Below, piece by piece: positions 24,556 through 33,325 of a stretch of DNA of 49,600 bases. The notes beneath the pieces are model-generated. The model was given only the letters and a program-made list of their open reading frames with translations, did no database searches and was not told where the DNA came from. Where the stretch lies: contig JAQBRM010000007.1 in NCBI GenBank assembly GCA_028286485.1, positions 1-49,600 of the forward strand. The letters are read 5' to 3'. Position 1 is the stretch's first letter. Each line of letters starts with the position of its first letter. This DNA comes from Candidatus Nomurabacteria bacterium. Its GTDB lineage: Bacteria > Patescibacteriota > Minisyncoccia > Phycocordibacterales > UBA9973. The translations under genes were made by a program, and so were the position numbers.

Positions 24556-26049
24556 ATGAATACTCGTCATCGATTAAGCCATTCCTTCCTTTCTTTCAAG
24601 GCTTTATTCGACCGCGGTATTCATTTTATGTATAGGCGGTGCATCGCTCCGCGCTCCGACACGGAAGATGAGAAACGCCATGAATTCATCCTCAACACCA
24701 TTTTGTGCGGCATTATCCCACTGCTCATTATTCTGGATACTTTTATTGCCCATGCGGCTCTGGAGCAACGCAATGCATATCAAGGAGTGCCGTTTCCCAT
24801 CTTTAGTTTTATTGTCATTCTGTTTGTCTATCTCCTTATTCTGTCTCGCAATACCTACCATAGGCTGGCCAGCTTTATCCTGATCGGCTTGTATTTCATC
24901 AGTACGACGTATGGCGCGATTCATTGGGGTATTGAATTACCGCTCGTGGCTATCAGCTATGTCGTCATTATCGTGATTTCCAGTATTTTAATTTCCACGC
25001 GGTTTGGCTTCTTTGTCACCTCTACGATTACCCTTACGATCATTGCCATCTGTGAACTGCAACTGCATCAGATAGTACATCCATCGCTGCAATGGAAATA
25101 TGCGTCCATAAGCATTCATGACCCTATTCAGCTCTCGGTGATATTTTTCCTCATCACCATTATCTCTTGGCTGTCCAATAGGGAAATGGAACGGTCATTG
25201 ATCCGAGCACGGGCATCCGAACACTTGCTGGTGGAAGAAAGAAATCTCTTGGAGATAAAAGTCGAGGAACGCACCAAGGAATTGAAGGAGGTGCAGCATG
25301 ATAAAGTGGCACAACTCTATCGCGTGGCGGAATTTGGCCGCATCTCAGCCGGCGTATTCCATGATTTGATGAACTCTCTGCAAGTAGTGGTATCAAATAT
25401 CAGCCAAGTGGAGGCGGGACCCGAACATCTGCCGGAAGTAAGGTTGCAGCTGGCCAAGACCGTGGCGGCCAGCAAGCGCATGGGCCGCTACATTGATACC
25501 GTGCGCAAACAAATCAGAAATGATGATACTCTTGCCGCAGAATTCTCAGTGGAAAAAGAAATTACCGACGCGATGGATATGTTGCAATTTCACGCTCGTA
25601 AGGCAAACGTGTCACTGCATTTCATCAAGAAACATTCCCTGATCTTGCATGGCAATCCCTTGAAATTTTACCAAGCCATTCTTAACCTGTTAGCCAATGC
25701 CATTGATGCCTGCGATGACAATGATAAACAGGGACAGATAGACATTATCCTCCAGTCTCACATACAAAATACCCATGCTGTTGTTATCATTCGGGATAAC
25801 GGGTGCGGCATACCCGTTGATGTCCTAGACCATATCTTTGATCAATTTTTCACCACCAAGGGCGCTCATAAAGGCATCGGCTTAGGCCTGTCCCAAACCA
25901 AGGAAATTATCGAGAAGGAATTCAAGGGAACCATTACGGTGACCAGCGAAGAATATCGCGGCACGACATTTACCATTACCCTGCCCATCATTCATGACAC
26001 CATTCAATTATCAGCCGGCGCTGCAATACCTGCTCTCACAACAACATGA
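24556..26049 (+). CDS. Sensor histidine kinase with about six N-terminal TM helices and no large extracytoplasmic domain
   Basis: The H-box is ISAGVFHDLMNSL, the N-box LLANAIDA, G1 DNGCGI and G2 GIGLGL. I chose the ATG at 24556. The track TTG at 24517 would overlap the mini-ORF. Confidence 0.9.
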   Translation: MNTRHRLSHSFLSFKALFDRGIHFMYRRCIAPRSDTEDEKRHEFILNTILCGIIPLLIILDTFIAHAALEQRNAYQGVPFPIFSFIVILFVYLLILSRNTYHRLASFILIGLYFISTTYGAIHWGIELPLVAISYVVIIVISSILISTRFGFFVTSTITLTIIAICELQLHQIVHPSLQWKYASISIHDPIQLSVIFFLITIISWLSNREMERSLIRARASEHLLVEERNLLEIKVEERTKELKEVQHDKVAQLYRVAEFGRISAGVFHDLMNSLQVVVSNISQVEAGPEHLPEVRLQLAKTVAASKRMGRYIDTVRKQIRNDDTLAAEFSVEKEITDAMDMLQFHARKANVSLHFIKKHSLILHGNPLKFYQAILNLLANAIDACDDNDKQGQIDIILQSHIQNTHAVVIIRDNGCGIPVDVLDHIFDQFFTTKGAHKGIGLGLSQTKEIIEKEFKGTITVTSEEYRGTTFTITLPIIHDTIQLSAGAAIPALTTT

Positions 26050-27868
26050 GGACGGCTCTTTTGATACTACCTTTTATACGGGACTCATCGTCAATGCATT
26101 AGAACAATTTGACGATACTATCAGTCTTCTTATCAAAAAACGCGCCGTACGGTTTTTACTGCAAGAAAAAAGCAGGCAGTGGTCGTTTAATTACGATCGT
26201 CGAGATGCCGTGGACAACCGATATCCTGATGATTTGGATGATACGTTCGTGGCACTGAAAGCCATTAGCATATGCCGGCCTGCCATGCTGACAGGCGAAA
26301 CATGGCAAGCTATCACTGCATTGCTTATTGCCAATGAGGAAAAACCGGCCGGTCCATATCAGACATGGATCATGCCATTGGCTGCGCGATCGGTTGAATG
26401 GCAGGACATCGATATTGTCGTTAACAGCAACATTGCCTCTTTTTTATCGCGTTTCAATATCGTCTTGCCGAGCATGCAGGAATATTTTGATGGTTTTATA
26501 GAGGCGGGGAATTTTTCTTCACGCTATTACCACCATGAATGCATCATTGTGTATTTCTTATCAAAAGCCTATCGGGGAACACATGCCGGCTTGTTACGCG
26601 AAACGTTGTTGAAAAAACGCAATGAAAATAATTATTGGGATTCAGCGTTTATTGCCGCTTTGTCTGTCAGTGCCTTGTTGGCATTAGGACAGGCGTCTGC
26701 CAGCCTTACTCCTGCTATTCAATACATTATGGATGGTGAGAAAGACGGACAGTGGACAGCTGAATCTTTTTTTATTGAATCGAAAAGTAATTCCGGGGTA
26801 ACCTATAGCGTTTCAGCTGCTCATACTACCGCCTGTTGTATCGAGGCATTACGCGCATATGAAGCCGCTGTTCGTCTTTCTACCACTGCTTCTATTTCCA
26901 ATGGTAATGACACTGAAGAAACACTTTTTATTGAAAAAGTCATTAGCAGCTGCAAGGAAATATTCTGTAACAGTGGTTCATTACTAACACAGCACATTCA
27001 TGGGGCACTTGATGTACTGATGAAGAAAGACCCGCATGCCGAGGTGATATTATTACCGTATCATTTTTCAAAAAACATGATGTGTGGTGGAGCGGTGTCG
27101 ACTGAACAACTGGCCGTAGCGACCACCCTTGGTTGGATTGGGTATACATTCCTTGATAAGACCATGGATGGCGAAGATACTATCGGCCGATTACCGTTGG
27201 CTGCTAAATGTATTCGCGAGTCCTATAATATTTTTCAATTATTCAATAAAGACCATGGTTCTGTTGTCCAAAGAATTCTCGATGGTATAGAAAGTGCCGT
27301 GTTGTCTGAGTATGTGACCTGTATATTACAAAAAGATGGTGATGATTTTCTTATGCCTTTTACCCTGCCTGACTATGGTGACTATCAGTGCTTGGCGGAA
27401 AAATCATTAGGGTTTGCTTTGGCGCCTATTATTCTTTGCCTGCAGGCGCAGGAATATGATCAGGCGGTACTGATGGAAAGGTTTTTCATTCATTATCTCA
27501 TTGCCCGACAGCTGAATGATGATGCACATGACTGGCTGGAGGATTTGGAACATGGTTTCATCAACAGTGTCAGTGTCGATATCATTAAGGACTGGCACAC
27601 ACAATATGTTTCAAGGAAATTAAACATGCGCCATGATAAGAAAATACTGCAAACGATTTTTTGGGAGAAACATATCGATACTGTCAGTACTACTATTGTT
27701 TTTCATTGCCAGAAGGCCAGCGATGTATTGAAAAAAATCACCGTACTGGCCGATAACACATTCTTAGAAAATTTACTCCATCCCTTGCAGCATTCCGCCA
27801 CGGAAGCATTGACGGAGCGGGACAAGGTCAGGCAATTCATATATACTTTGCATACTAACGATGAGTAA
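25994..27868 (+). CDS. Fusion protein: N-terminal terminal-cyclase/prenyltransferase-like alpha/alpha-toroid domain + C-terminal isoprenoid-synthase-like (two Asp-rich motifs) domain
   Basis: 624 aa. QW-like repeats are ALQYLLSQQHEDGSF, AVRFLLQEKSRQWSF and AIQYIMDGEKDGQW. YPDDLDDTF (DLDDT encoded within 26228-26245) resembles the DxDDTA motif of class II cyclases. The C-terminal half has DKTMDGED (27155-27178) and QLNDDAHDWLEDLEHG (motif core 27515-27544), 121 residues apart. Coding status is confident; the functional call is tentative. Confidence 0.6.
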   Translation: MTPFNYQPALQYLLSQQHEDGSFDTTFYTGLIVNALEQFDDTISLLIKKRAVRFLLQEKSRQWSFNYDRRDAVDNRYPDDLDDTFVALKAISICRPAMLTGETWQAITALLIANEEKPAGPYQTWIMPLAARSVEWQDIDIVVNSNIASFLSRFNIVLPSMQEYFDGFIEAGNFSSRYYHHECIIVYFLSKAYRGTHAGLLRETLLKKRNENNYWDSAFIAALSVSALLALGQASASLTPAIQYIMDGEKDGQWTAESFFIESKSNSGVTYSVSAAHTTACCIEALRAYEAAVRLSTTASISNGNDTEETLFIEKVISSCKEIFCNSGSLLTQHIHGALDVLMKKDPHAEVILLPYHFSKNMMCGGAVSTEQLAVATTLGWIGYTFLDKTMDGEDTIGRLPLAAKCIRESYNIFQLFNKDHGSVVQRILDGIESAVLSEYVTCILQKDGDDFLMPFTLPDYGDYQCLAEKSLGFALAPIILCLQAQEYDQAVLMERFFIHYLIARQLNDDAHDWLEDLEHGFINSVSVDIIKDWHTQYVSRKLNMRHDKKILQTIFWEKHIDTVSTTIVFHCQKASDVLKKITVLADNTFLENLLHPLQHSATEALTERDKVRQFIYTLHTNDE

Positions 27869-28730
27869 GATCAGCAGCCTGACCAAAGAAACGTTTTCGC
27901 ACTGGTATGACCATAGCGCCCCTCGTATGGGGGCGGCATTGTCTTTCTATGCCCTCTTTTCCATTGCACCGTTATTCATTTTAGTGATCGGTGTCATTAG
28001 GACGATTTTTGATAGGGCGACCGTGCACATGGCTATTGATCATACCTTGCGCGCTACGGTCGGAAGCAATTTGGCGGCATCGATTCAAGGTCTCATTAAT
28101 GGCGCCTATCATGCCCCGGCCGGCGTAATGACCACCATCATAAGCGGGGTAATTCTGATCGTGGCCGCCATCAGCGTCTTTGCGGAACTGAATACAGACC
28201 TCGATGAGTTGTGGAAATTGCCATCACCTCGGCCCGTAGTCGAAAATACTTCCACCAAACAAGCGATCGTGCATTTTCTCAAAGATCGTTTATTGGCATT
28301 ATTCCTTATTTTACTATTCAGCCTGCTCTCCCTTTTCAGCGTGGCTTTTACGGTATTTATTTCTTTTTTTCACACGGCAACTATCTTGCTTCAAAATACT
28401 TTTTTATTGCAAGGCATTAATATAGCACTCACCCTCATTATCACCACCATTCTTTTCGCGCTGATTTATCGCATCCTGCCAGACACCAAGCTTACTTGGG
28501 GTGACATATTTCGCGGAGCGATCGTCACCTCCCTGCTTTTCTTGTTCGGCAAATACCTGATCGGCTGGTACATTGATGCCTTTGGCGGCACCTCCGCCTT
28601 CGGAACGGCCGGTTCCGTTGTCGGCCTGCTCTTATGGATATACTACTCCGCGCAAGTCTTCTTTATCGGCGCCTCATTTACCTTTGTCTATTCCAAACGA
28701 TACGGATTTCTATCGAGGATGATGAACTAG
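27861..28730 (+). CDS. YihY/BrkB-family polytopic membrane protein
   Basis: 289 aa. The N-terminus (FSHWYDHSAPRMGAALSFYALFSIAPL) and the C-terminal GSVVGLLLWIYYSAQVFFIGA are typical of YihY. It overlaps the upstream gene by 8 nt. Confidence 0.85.
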   Translation: MSKISSLTKETFSHWYDHSAPRMGAALSFYALFSIAPLFILVIGVIRTIFDRATVHMAIDHTLRATVGSNLAASIQGLINGAYHAPAGVMTTIISGVILIVAAISVFAELNTDLDELWKLPSPRPVVENTSTKQAIVHFLKDRLLALFLILLFSLLSLFSVAFTVFISFFHTATILLQNTFLLQGINIALTLIITTILFALIYRILPDTKLTWGDIFRGAIVTSLLFLFGKYLIGWYIDAFGGTSAFGTAGSVVGLLLWIYYSAQVFFIGASFTFVYSKRYGFLSRMMN

Positions 28731-30484
28731 CTGCTTCTTTTGGCATGCATCAATAGATCCACGGCGTGTTCAAATGATCCGGCGGCCGTTAATGAACTTC
28801 CATTGACGAAGAAAATTTCATCGGCATTTTGAATAGTGTTCAAACGGTGTGCAATGATGACTTTAGTGGTGGTGGGAGGAAGCGTTTCAATTACTTTCTC
28901 CAGCAATGCTTCGGTGACCGTATCAATGTTTGCGGTGGCTTCATCCAGAATAATCAAATCAGGTTTGCGTAAAACGGCGCGCATAAAGGCAATGAGTTGG
29001 CGCTGCCCCAGACTGATGCTTTCTCCACTCTGGGTGACCGGTGTAGCCAAGCCGGATTCAAACCGTTGCACTAAATCATACAGGCCGTTTTCATGCAGGG
29101 CTTTTTCCAAGTGCTCGACAGGGGTGCCGTCATAGGCGGTATTGCCATAAAAAATATTTTCTCCCACCGTGCCGCTGAATAGAAACGGTTCCTGTAAAAT
29201 AAATCCGATTTTCTGTACGCGTTCGGCATCGGGTACGGTGCGCATATCTTTTCCTTCCAACCACACGGTGCCATGAGAAGGATCGTACAGACGAGCCATC
29301 AACGAAGCAGTGGTGGTTTTGCCGCCGCCGGTCGGACCGACCAATGCGTATGTTTTGCCTGGCAGTAATGCCACGGTCACATCGTGCAGGACAGTTTTCT
29401 GACTGTCGCTATACATAAACCCCACATCTTGAAATGAAATAGTGGTGGCTAGATCCGCTCTCGCCGGAGCAGCGGCCAGTAAGGGCATATCATTAGGCAT
29501 GGCGACAATGCCGGCAATACGGTCCCAGCTAGCCATAGCGGTTTGAAAAGTGGCCCACAGTGAAGCCATTTGTCGTAACGGGTCATACAAGCGGCTGCAG
29601 TACGTGATATAACTGATCAAAAAACCCAGCGTGAAATTACCAATCAAAATAAGATGTATGCCGTATATCAGTACCAGCAATTGCGCGGCATTGGCGGCAA
29701 ACCCGTATAGTGCCACGAAAATGTTGTTGGCGATGCCGGCCCGCACGGAGGTTAGGAAATTTTTGTGATTGGCGGCATTGAATTTTTCCCGGAAGTAATC
29801 ACGACGGTTGAATGCCACAATGACTTTGAAGTTGCCGAGGCTCTCTTGGATCTCAGCGCTCATACCCCCCACTTCCTGCAAACTTTTTGCATTCTGCGTT
29901 TTAACCCATGAGCCGATCAGTTGTGTCACCACCAACACGACCGCCAATGGGATCAAGGCAATAAGGCCAAGTCGCGGATTGATACTGAGGATAAATATAG
30001 CCGCGCCGATCATGACAAAGATATTGCCGATGAATTGCATCAAGGACTGGGAGAAAAATTGGTTCAAGTTGTCTGTATCGGTGTTGATGCGGGAAATAAG
30101 ATCACCGGCCTTGTTTTGGTTGAAGAAGGCAATAGGCAACTCCTGCAACTTTTCAAATATGGTGTTGCGCAAGGTAAAGAGCAAGCGCTGGCTGACGCCG
30201 CCCATGACTTTGGTTTGAACGTAGCTGGCAATGAACGCACCAATGTAGACCAATAACACCAATCCCGCGTACAAGGGCAAACCGGCATAGTGTTTCGTAA
30301 TAATGTACGTATTGATAGCGCGACCGATCAAGAGCGGGGTCAGCAGGGTCAGTCCGGCATTGGTAATAATGGCGGTAAAAGTAACGGCTAGTTGCACGGT
30401 GTCATTTTTCAGCAACGGCAAAAGCTTGCGCAGTGCCGCGAAGACTGATGATCTTTCTTGATGTGTATTCAATGAATAATTCAT
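28727..30484 (-). CDS. ABC exporter, fused TMD-NBD (half-transporter, partner B)
   Basis: 585 aa with six TM segments followed by an NBD. The NBD has Walker A (GPTGGGKTT), signature (LSLGQRQ) and Walker B (LILDEAT). Confidence 0.9.
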   Translation of the reverse strand: MNYSLNTHQERSSVFAALRKLLPLLKNDTVQLAVTFTAIITNAGLTLLTPLLIGRAINTYIITKHYAGLPLYAGLVLLVYIGAFIASYVQTKVMGGVSQRLLFTLRNTIFEKLQELPIAFFNQNKAGDLISRINTDTDNLNQFFSQSLMQFIGNIFVMIGAAIFILSINPRLGLIALIPLAVVLVVTQLIGSWVKTQNAKSLQEVGGMSAEIQESLGNFKVIVAFNRRDYFREKFNAANHKNFLTSVRAGIANNIFVALYGFAANAAQLLVLIYGIHLILIGNFTLGFLISYITYCSRLYDPLRQMASLWATFQTAMASWDRIAGIVAMPNDMPLLAAAPARADLATTISFQDVGFMYSDSQKTVLHDVTVALLPGKTYALVGPTGGGKTTTASLMARLYDPSHGTVWLEGKDMRTVPDAERVQKIGFILQEPFLFSGTVGENIFYGNTAYDGTPVEHLEKALHENGLYDLVQRFESGLATPVTQSGESISLGQRQLIAFMRAVLRKPDLIILDEATANIDTVTEALLEKVIETLPPTTTKVIIAHRLNTIQNADEIFFVNGSSLTAAGSFEHAVDLLMHAKRSS

Positions 30485-32190
30485 GCCGGTTCCACGCTCT
30501 GTTGTGATTGATAAATTTGCACATACTCGGGAGAAGATTCCATCAGTTGACGATGGGTGCCTTGCGCCAATAACTCCCCTTCCATGACCACGATGATATT
30601 GTCATAGTCGGTAATGGACGCTATTTTTTGCGTGATGGAAATAAGCGTCAGATCGGGATAGTTGGCACGCACATTGGCCAGGATATTTTGCTCGGTCTGC
30701 GGATCAACGCGGGCGGTAAAATCATCCAACAGTAAAATTTTCGGATTAAGCGCCAGTGCCCGAGCCAGCATGATGCGCTGCTTCTGACCGCCGGATAAGC
30801 TGGTGCCGCGCTCGGAAATAATGGTGTTCAAGCCGTCCGGCAACGCCGCAATGAAATCATCCAGCTCGGCCGTGTCGATCGCCCGCTCCACATCCGCGTC
30901 GCTGACCGTCGTACTGAAGGCGATATTTTCTCGAACGGTGGTATTGAAAATAATGCTGTCTTGAAACACGAAACCGATCTGGCTATGAATGGTGCGCTGA
31001 TCATACGCATCCAACGGAATACCGTCATACAAGACCGTACCGTTAGTGGCTGACAATAACCCAGTCATGATATACAGGAGTTGCGTTTTACCGGCGGCGG
31101 TCGGGCCGATAATGGCATTCTTGGTGCGAGGCCTGATGGTAAATGACACATCTTTCAGGGCATGCTTTTCTCCGAACACCATGCCGATATCCTGCACGGT
31201 GATTGCGCCGGTCAGGCGCGTAGTGACAGTACCGGTCTTTTCCGGCAACGGAGCATGTAAAACCAGTGACAGGCGCTGGTAAGAAGCGGTGGCGCGGGCG
31301 ATGACATTGCTCATGAAGCCGATGATGATGATAGGAAAGATTAGAATGGCAATGTAGCTATTGAAGGCGGTAAAATTGCCGATGCTCATATGCCCGACAA
31401 TCACGGATCTGCCGCCGAACAGCAATACGGCCACGATGGCCACGTTGGCTACAAAGCCGATAAACGGAATGAGGAAGGCGAACATGCCGAGAATTTTGAA
31501 GCCGTTGTTTTTGGCATCGGTGTTGACGGTCAGGAATTTCTGATACTCGTACTGTTGGGAATTAAGCACGCGAATGAGCGCCGCACCCAAGATACTCTCA
31601 TTGATGACCTTGTTCAATCGATCGATAATGGATTGCGTTTTCAAAAAAAGCGGTCGTACCTTGCTCAAGATAAAAAAGAAGGTACCGCCAATGACGGGAA
31701 TGATGGCCAAGACGCCGAGTGCCAGCTGCCAATTCAATCCGATCAACAGTATGGCCACGCCGACAATGATGAAGATGGAGGAAATAATCGATACGACAGC
31801 TTGCGAGACGAAAACCTTGATGGCATCGGCATCGGACGTGATATTGGTCAGCAAGACGGAAGGGTTGGCGGACTGGATGTAGGCGAAATTTTGCAATGAA
31901 ATTTTTCCCATCAAATTTTCACGCAGATCGCGCGCGACCCGCTCGGACACGTAGGTCTGCATGACGTTCTGCCCGTAGGTGGTGATGAGGATACCGATGG
32001 CCGCCAAAACAAAAAAGGTTGCCATGTGAGCGACCACCAAGGTGCCGGCGGTGAATTGGTCGAGGGTGGAAGCAATAAGCTTCGGCACAACCAGTGTAAT
32101 GCCGTTACTGAACAACGCTAAAAAGGTCAGGGCGACAAGCAGCCCTCGGTATGGGCGAAGGAGTGAAAAAATGGAAGTATTATTGTTCAT
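30481..32190 (-). CDS. ABC exporter, fused TMD-NBD (half-transporter, partner A)
   Basis: It shows Walker A (GPTAAGKTQ), signature (LSGGQKQR) and Walker B (LLLDDFT). It overlaps partner B by 4 nt. I chose the ATG at 32190 (MNNNTSIF). The track TTG at 32223 would overlap murG by 44 nt. Confidence 0.9.
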   Translation of the reverse strand: MNNNTSIFSLLRPYRGLLVALTFLALFSNGITLVVPKLIASTLDQFTAGTLVVAHMATFFVLAAIGILITTYGQNVMQTYVSERVARDLRENLMGKISLQNFAYIQSANPSVLLTNITSDADAIKVFVSQAVVSIISSIFIIVGVAILLIGLNWQLALGVLAIIPVIGGTFFFILSKVRPLFLKTQSIIDRLNKVINESILGAALIRVLNSQQYEYQKFLTVNTDAKNNGFKILGMFAFLIPFIGFVANVAIVAVLLFGGRSVIVGHMSIGNFTAFNSYIAILIFPIIIIGFMSNVIARATASYQRLSLVLHAPLPEKTGTVTTRLTGAITVQDIGMVFGEKHALKDVSFTIRPRTKNAIIGPTAAGKTQLLYIMTGLLSATNGTVLYDGIPLDAYDQRTIHSQIGFVFQDSIIFNTTVRENIAFSTTVSDADVERAIDTAELDDFIAALPDGLNTIISERGTSLSGGQKQRIMLARALALNPKILLLDDFTARVDPQTEQNILANVRANYPDLTLISITQKIASITDYDNIIVVMEGELLAQGTHRQLMESSPEYVQIYQSQQSVEPA

Positions 32191-33313
32191 GTTCAAAGGC
32201 GATGCTGACAGCTTCCGCGGCAATCAAGCGGGCGGCTTCGGGTTTGTAAAATGCCTTGGCGCGAGCAGCCATGGCATCATAATGATCTTTGTGGCCCAAG
32301 ATCAGGTCAATTTCATTTTTCAATACTGAGGGCGTGAGGTTTACTTCCTCAATGACGGCACAAGCGCCGGTGCGGGCATAGTGATAGGCATTCTTACGCT
32401 GGTGATCGCCGTGAAAGACAGCGGCACTGCCGGGAATGATGATAGAGGGTTTGCCCCACGCGGCGATTTCAAAAATCTGCGAGCCGGCCCGGGAAATGAT
32501 GATATCGGCGGCGCCACCGAACATTTTTGTCTGCAAATCGTTGAAGTACGGAAAGAGTTTATACCGGTTTCGTTTAGTGTCATCGCTGAGCAGTACTTCC
32601 ACATCGGTTTTTGTTTCTTCAAAATTCTTCCTGCCGGTCTGATGGATGATCTGATAGTGCTGCACCAACCCGGGCAGCAATGACGTGAGCGCATCATTGA
32701 TCTTCTTGGCACCCGATGAACCGCCGATTACGCCGATGGTGGGAATACCGGGTGTCAGTTCAAAAAATTCCTTTGCTCCTTCCGTGGCAGCATAGGAAAT
32801 ACTTCTCCGTACCGGTTGTCCGGTCAGCGCGATTTTCTTCTGATCAAAATATTCCGCCGCTTCGGGATAGGATAATGCCACTTTGCGCGCGAATCGTCCC
32901 GACCATTTATTGACGCGTCCCGGCACGGTGTCAGACTCATGCACGATGACGGGAACACGCAAGATACGAGCTGCCACCAAGACCGGAAAAGCCGCATAGC
33001 CGCCCTTGCTGATGATGACATCGGGGTAGAGATTGAAGAGTTTGAATAGGGCACCAACGGTACCAACCGCGGTTTTGATAGCATCGACAAAATTCTGCAA
33101 AGAAAAGTAGACGCGCATCTTGCCGGCCGTGATGGGAATGTAGGTAATGAACTGTTCGGCCAATGCTTCTTGGTCATACGGCCCGTCGGACATGTAGTAC
33201 AGCTTGAAGTTGGCGATCTTCTCCTCGTCAGCAATACGGTTCAATTCTTCCGCCACCGCGATCAATGGGTAAAAATGCCCTCCCGTTCCCCCGCCTATCA
33301 GTAAAATCTTCAT
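32180..33313 (-). CDS. murG: UDP-GlcNAc:lipid I N-acetylglucosaminyltransferase MurG
   Basis: 377 aa with the N-terminal ILLIGGGTGGHFYP motif. It sits next to ftsW and mraY. Confidence 0.9.
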   Translation of the reverse strand: MKILLIGGGTGGHFYPLIAVAEELNRIADEEKIANFKLYYMSDGPYDQEALAEQFITYIPITAGKMRVYFSLQNFVDAIKTAVGTVGALFKLFNLYPDVIISKGGYAAFPVLVAARILRVPVIVHESDTVPGRVNKWSGRFARKVALSYPEAAEYFDQKKIALTGQPVRRSISYAATEGAKEFFELTPGIPTIGVIGGSSGAKKINDALTSLLPGLVQHYQIIHQTGRKNFEETKTDVEVLLSDDTKRNRYKLFPYFNDLQTKMFGGAADIIISRAGSQIFEIAAWGKPSIIIPGSAAVFHGDHQRKNAYHYARTGACAVIEEVNLTPSVLKNEIDLILGHKDHYDAMAARAKAFYKPEAARLIAAEAVSIAFEHEQ

Positions 33314-33325
33314 AGTATCTCTATT

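Noticed and set aside
31390-31899. Plus-strand 169-aa Asp/Gly-rich ORF
   Set aside because: It is antisense to the TMD of the ABC exporter at 30481-32190 and is a compositional artefact.
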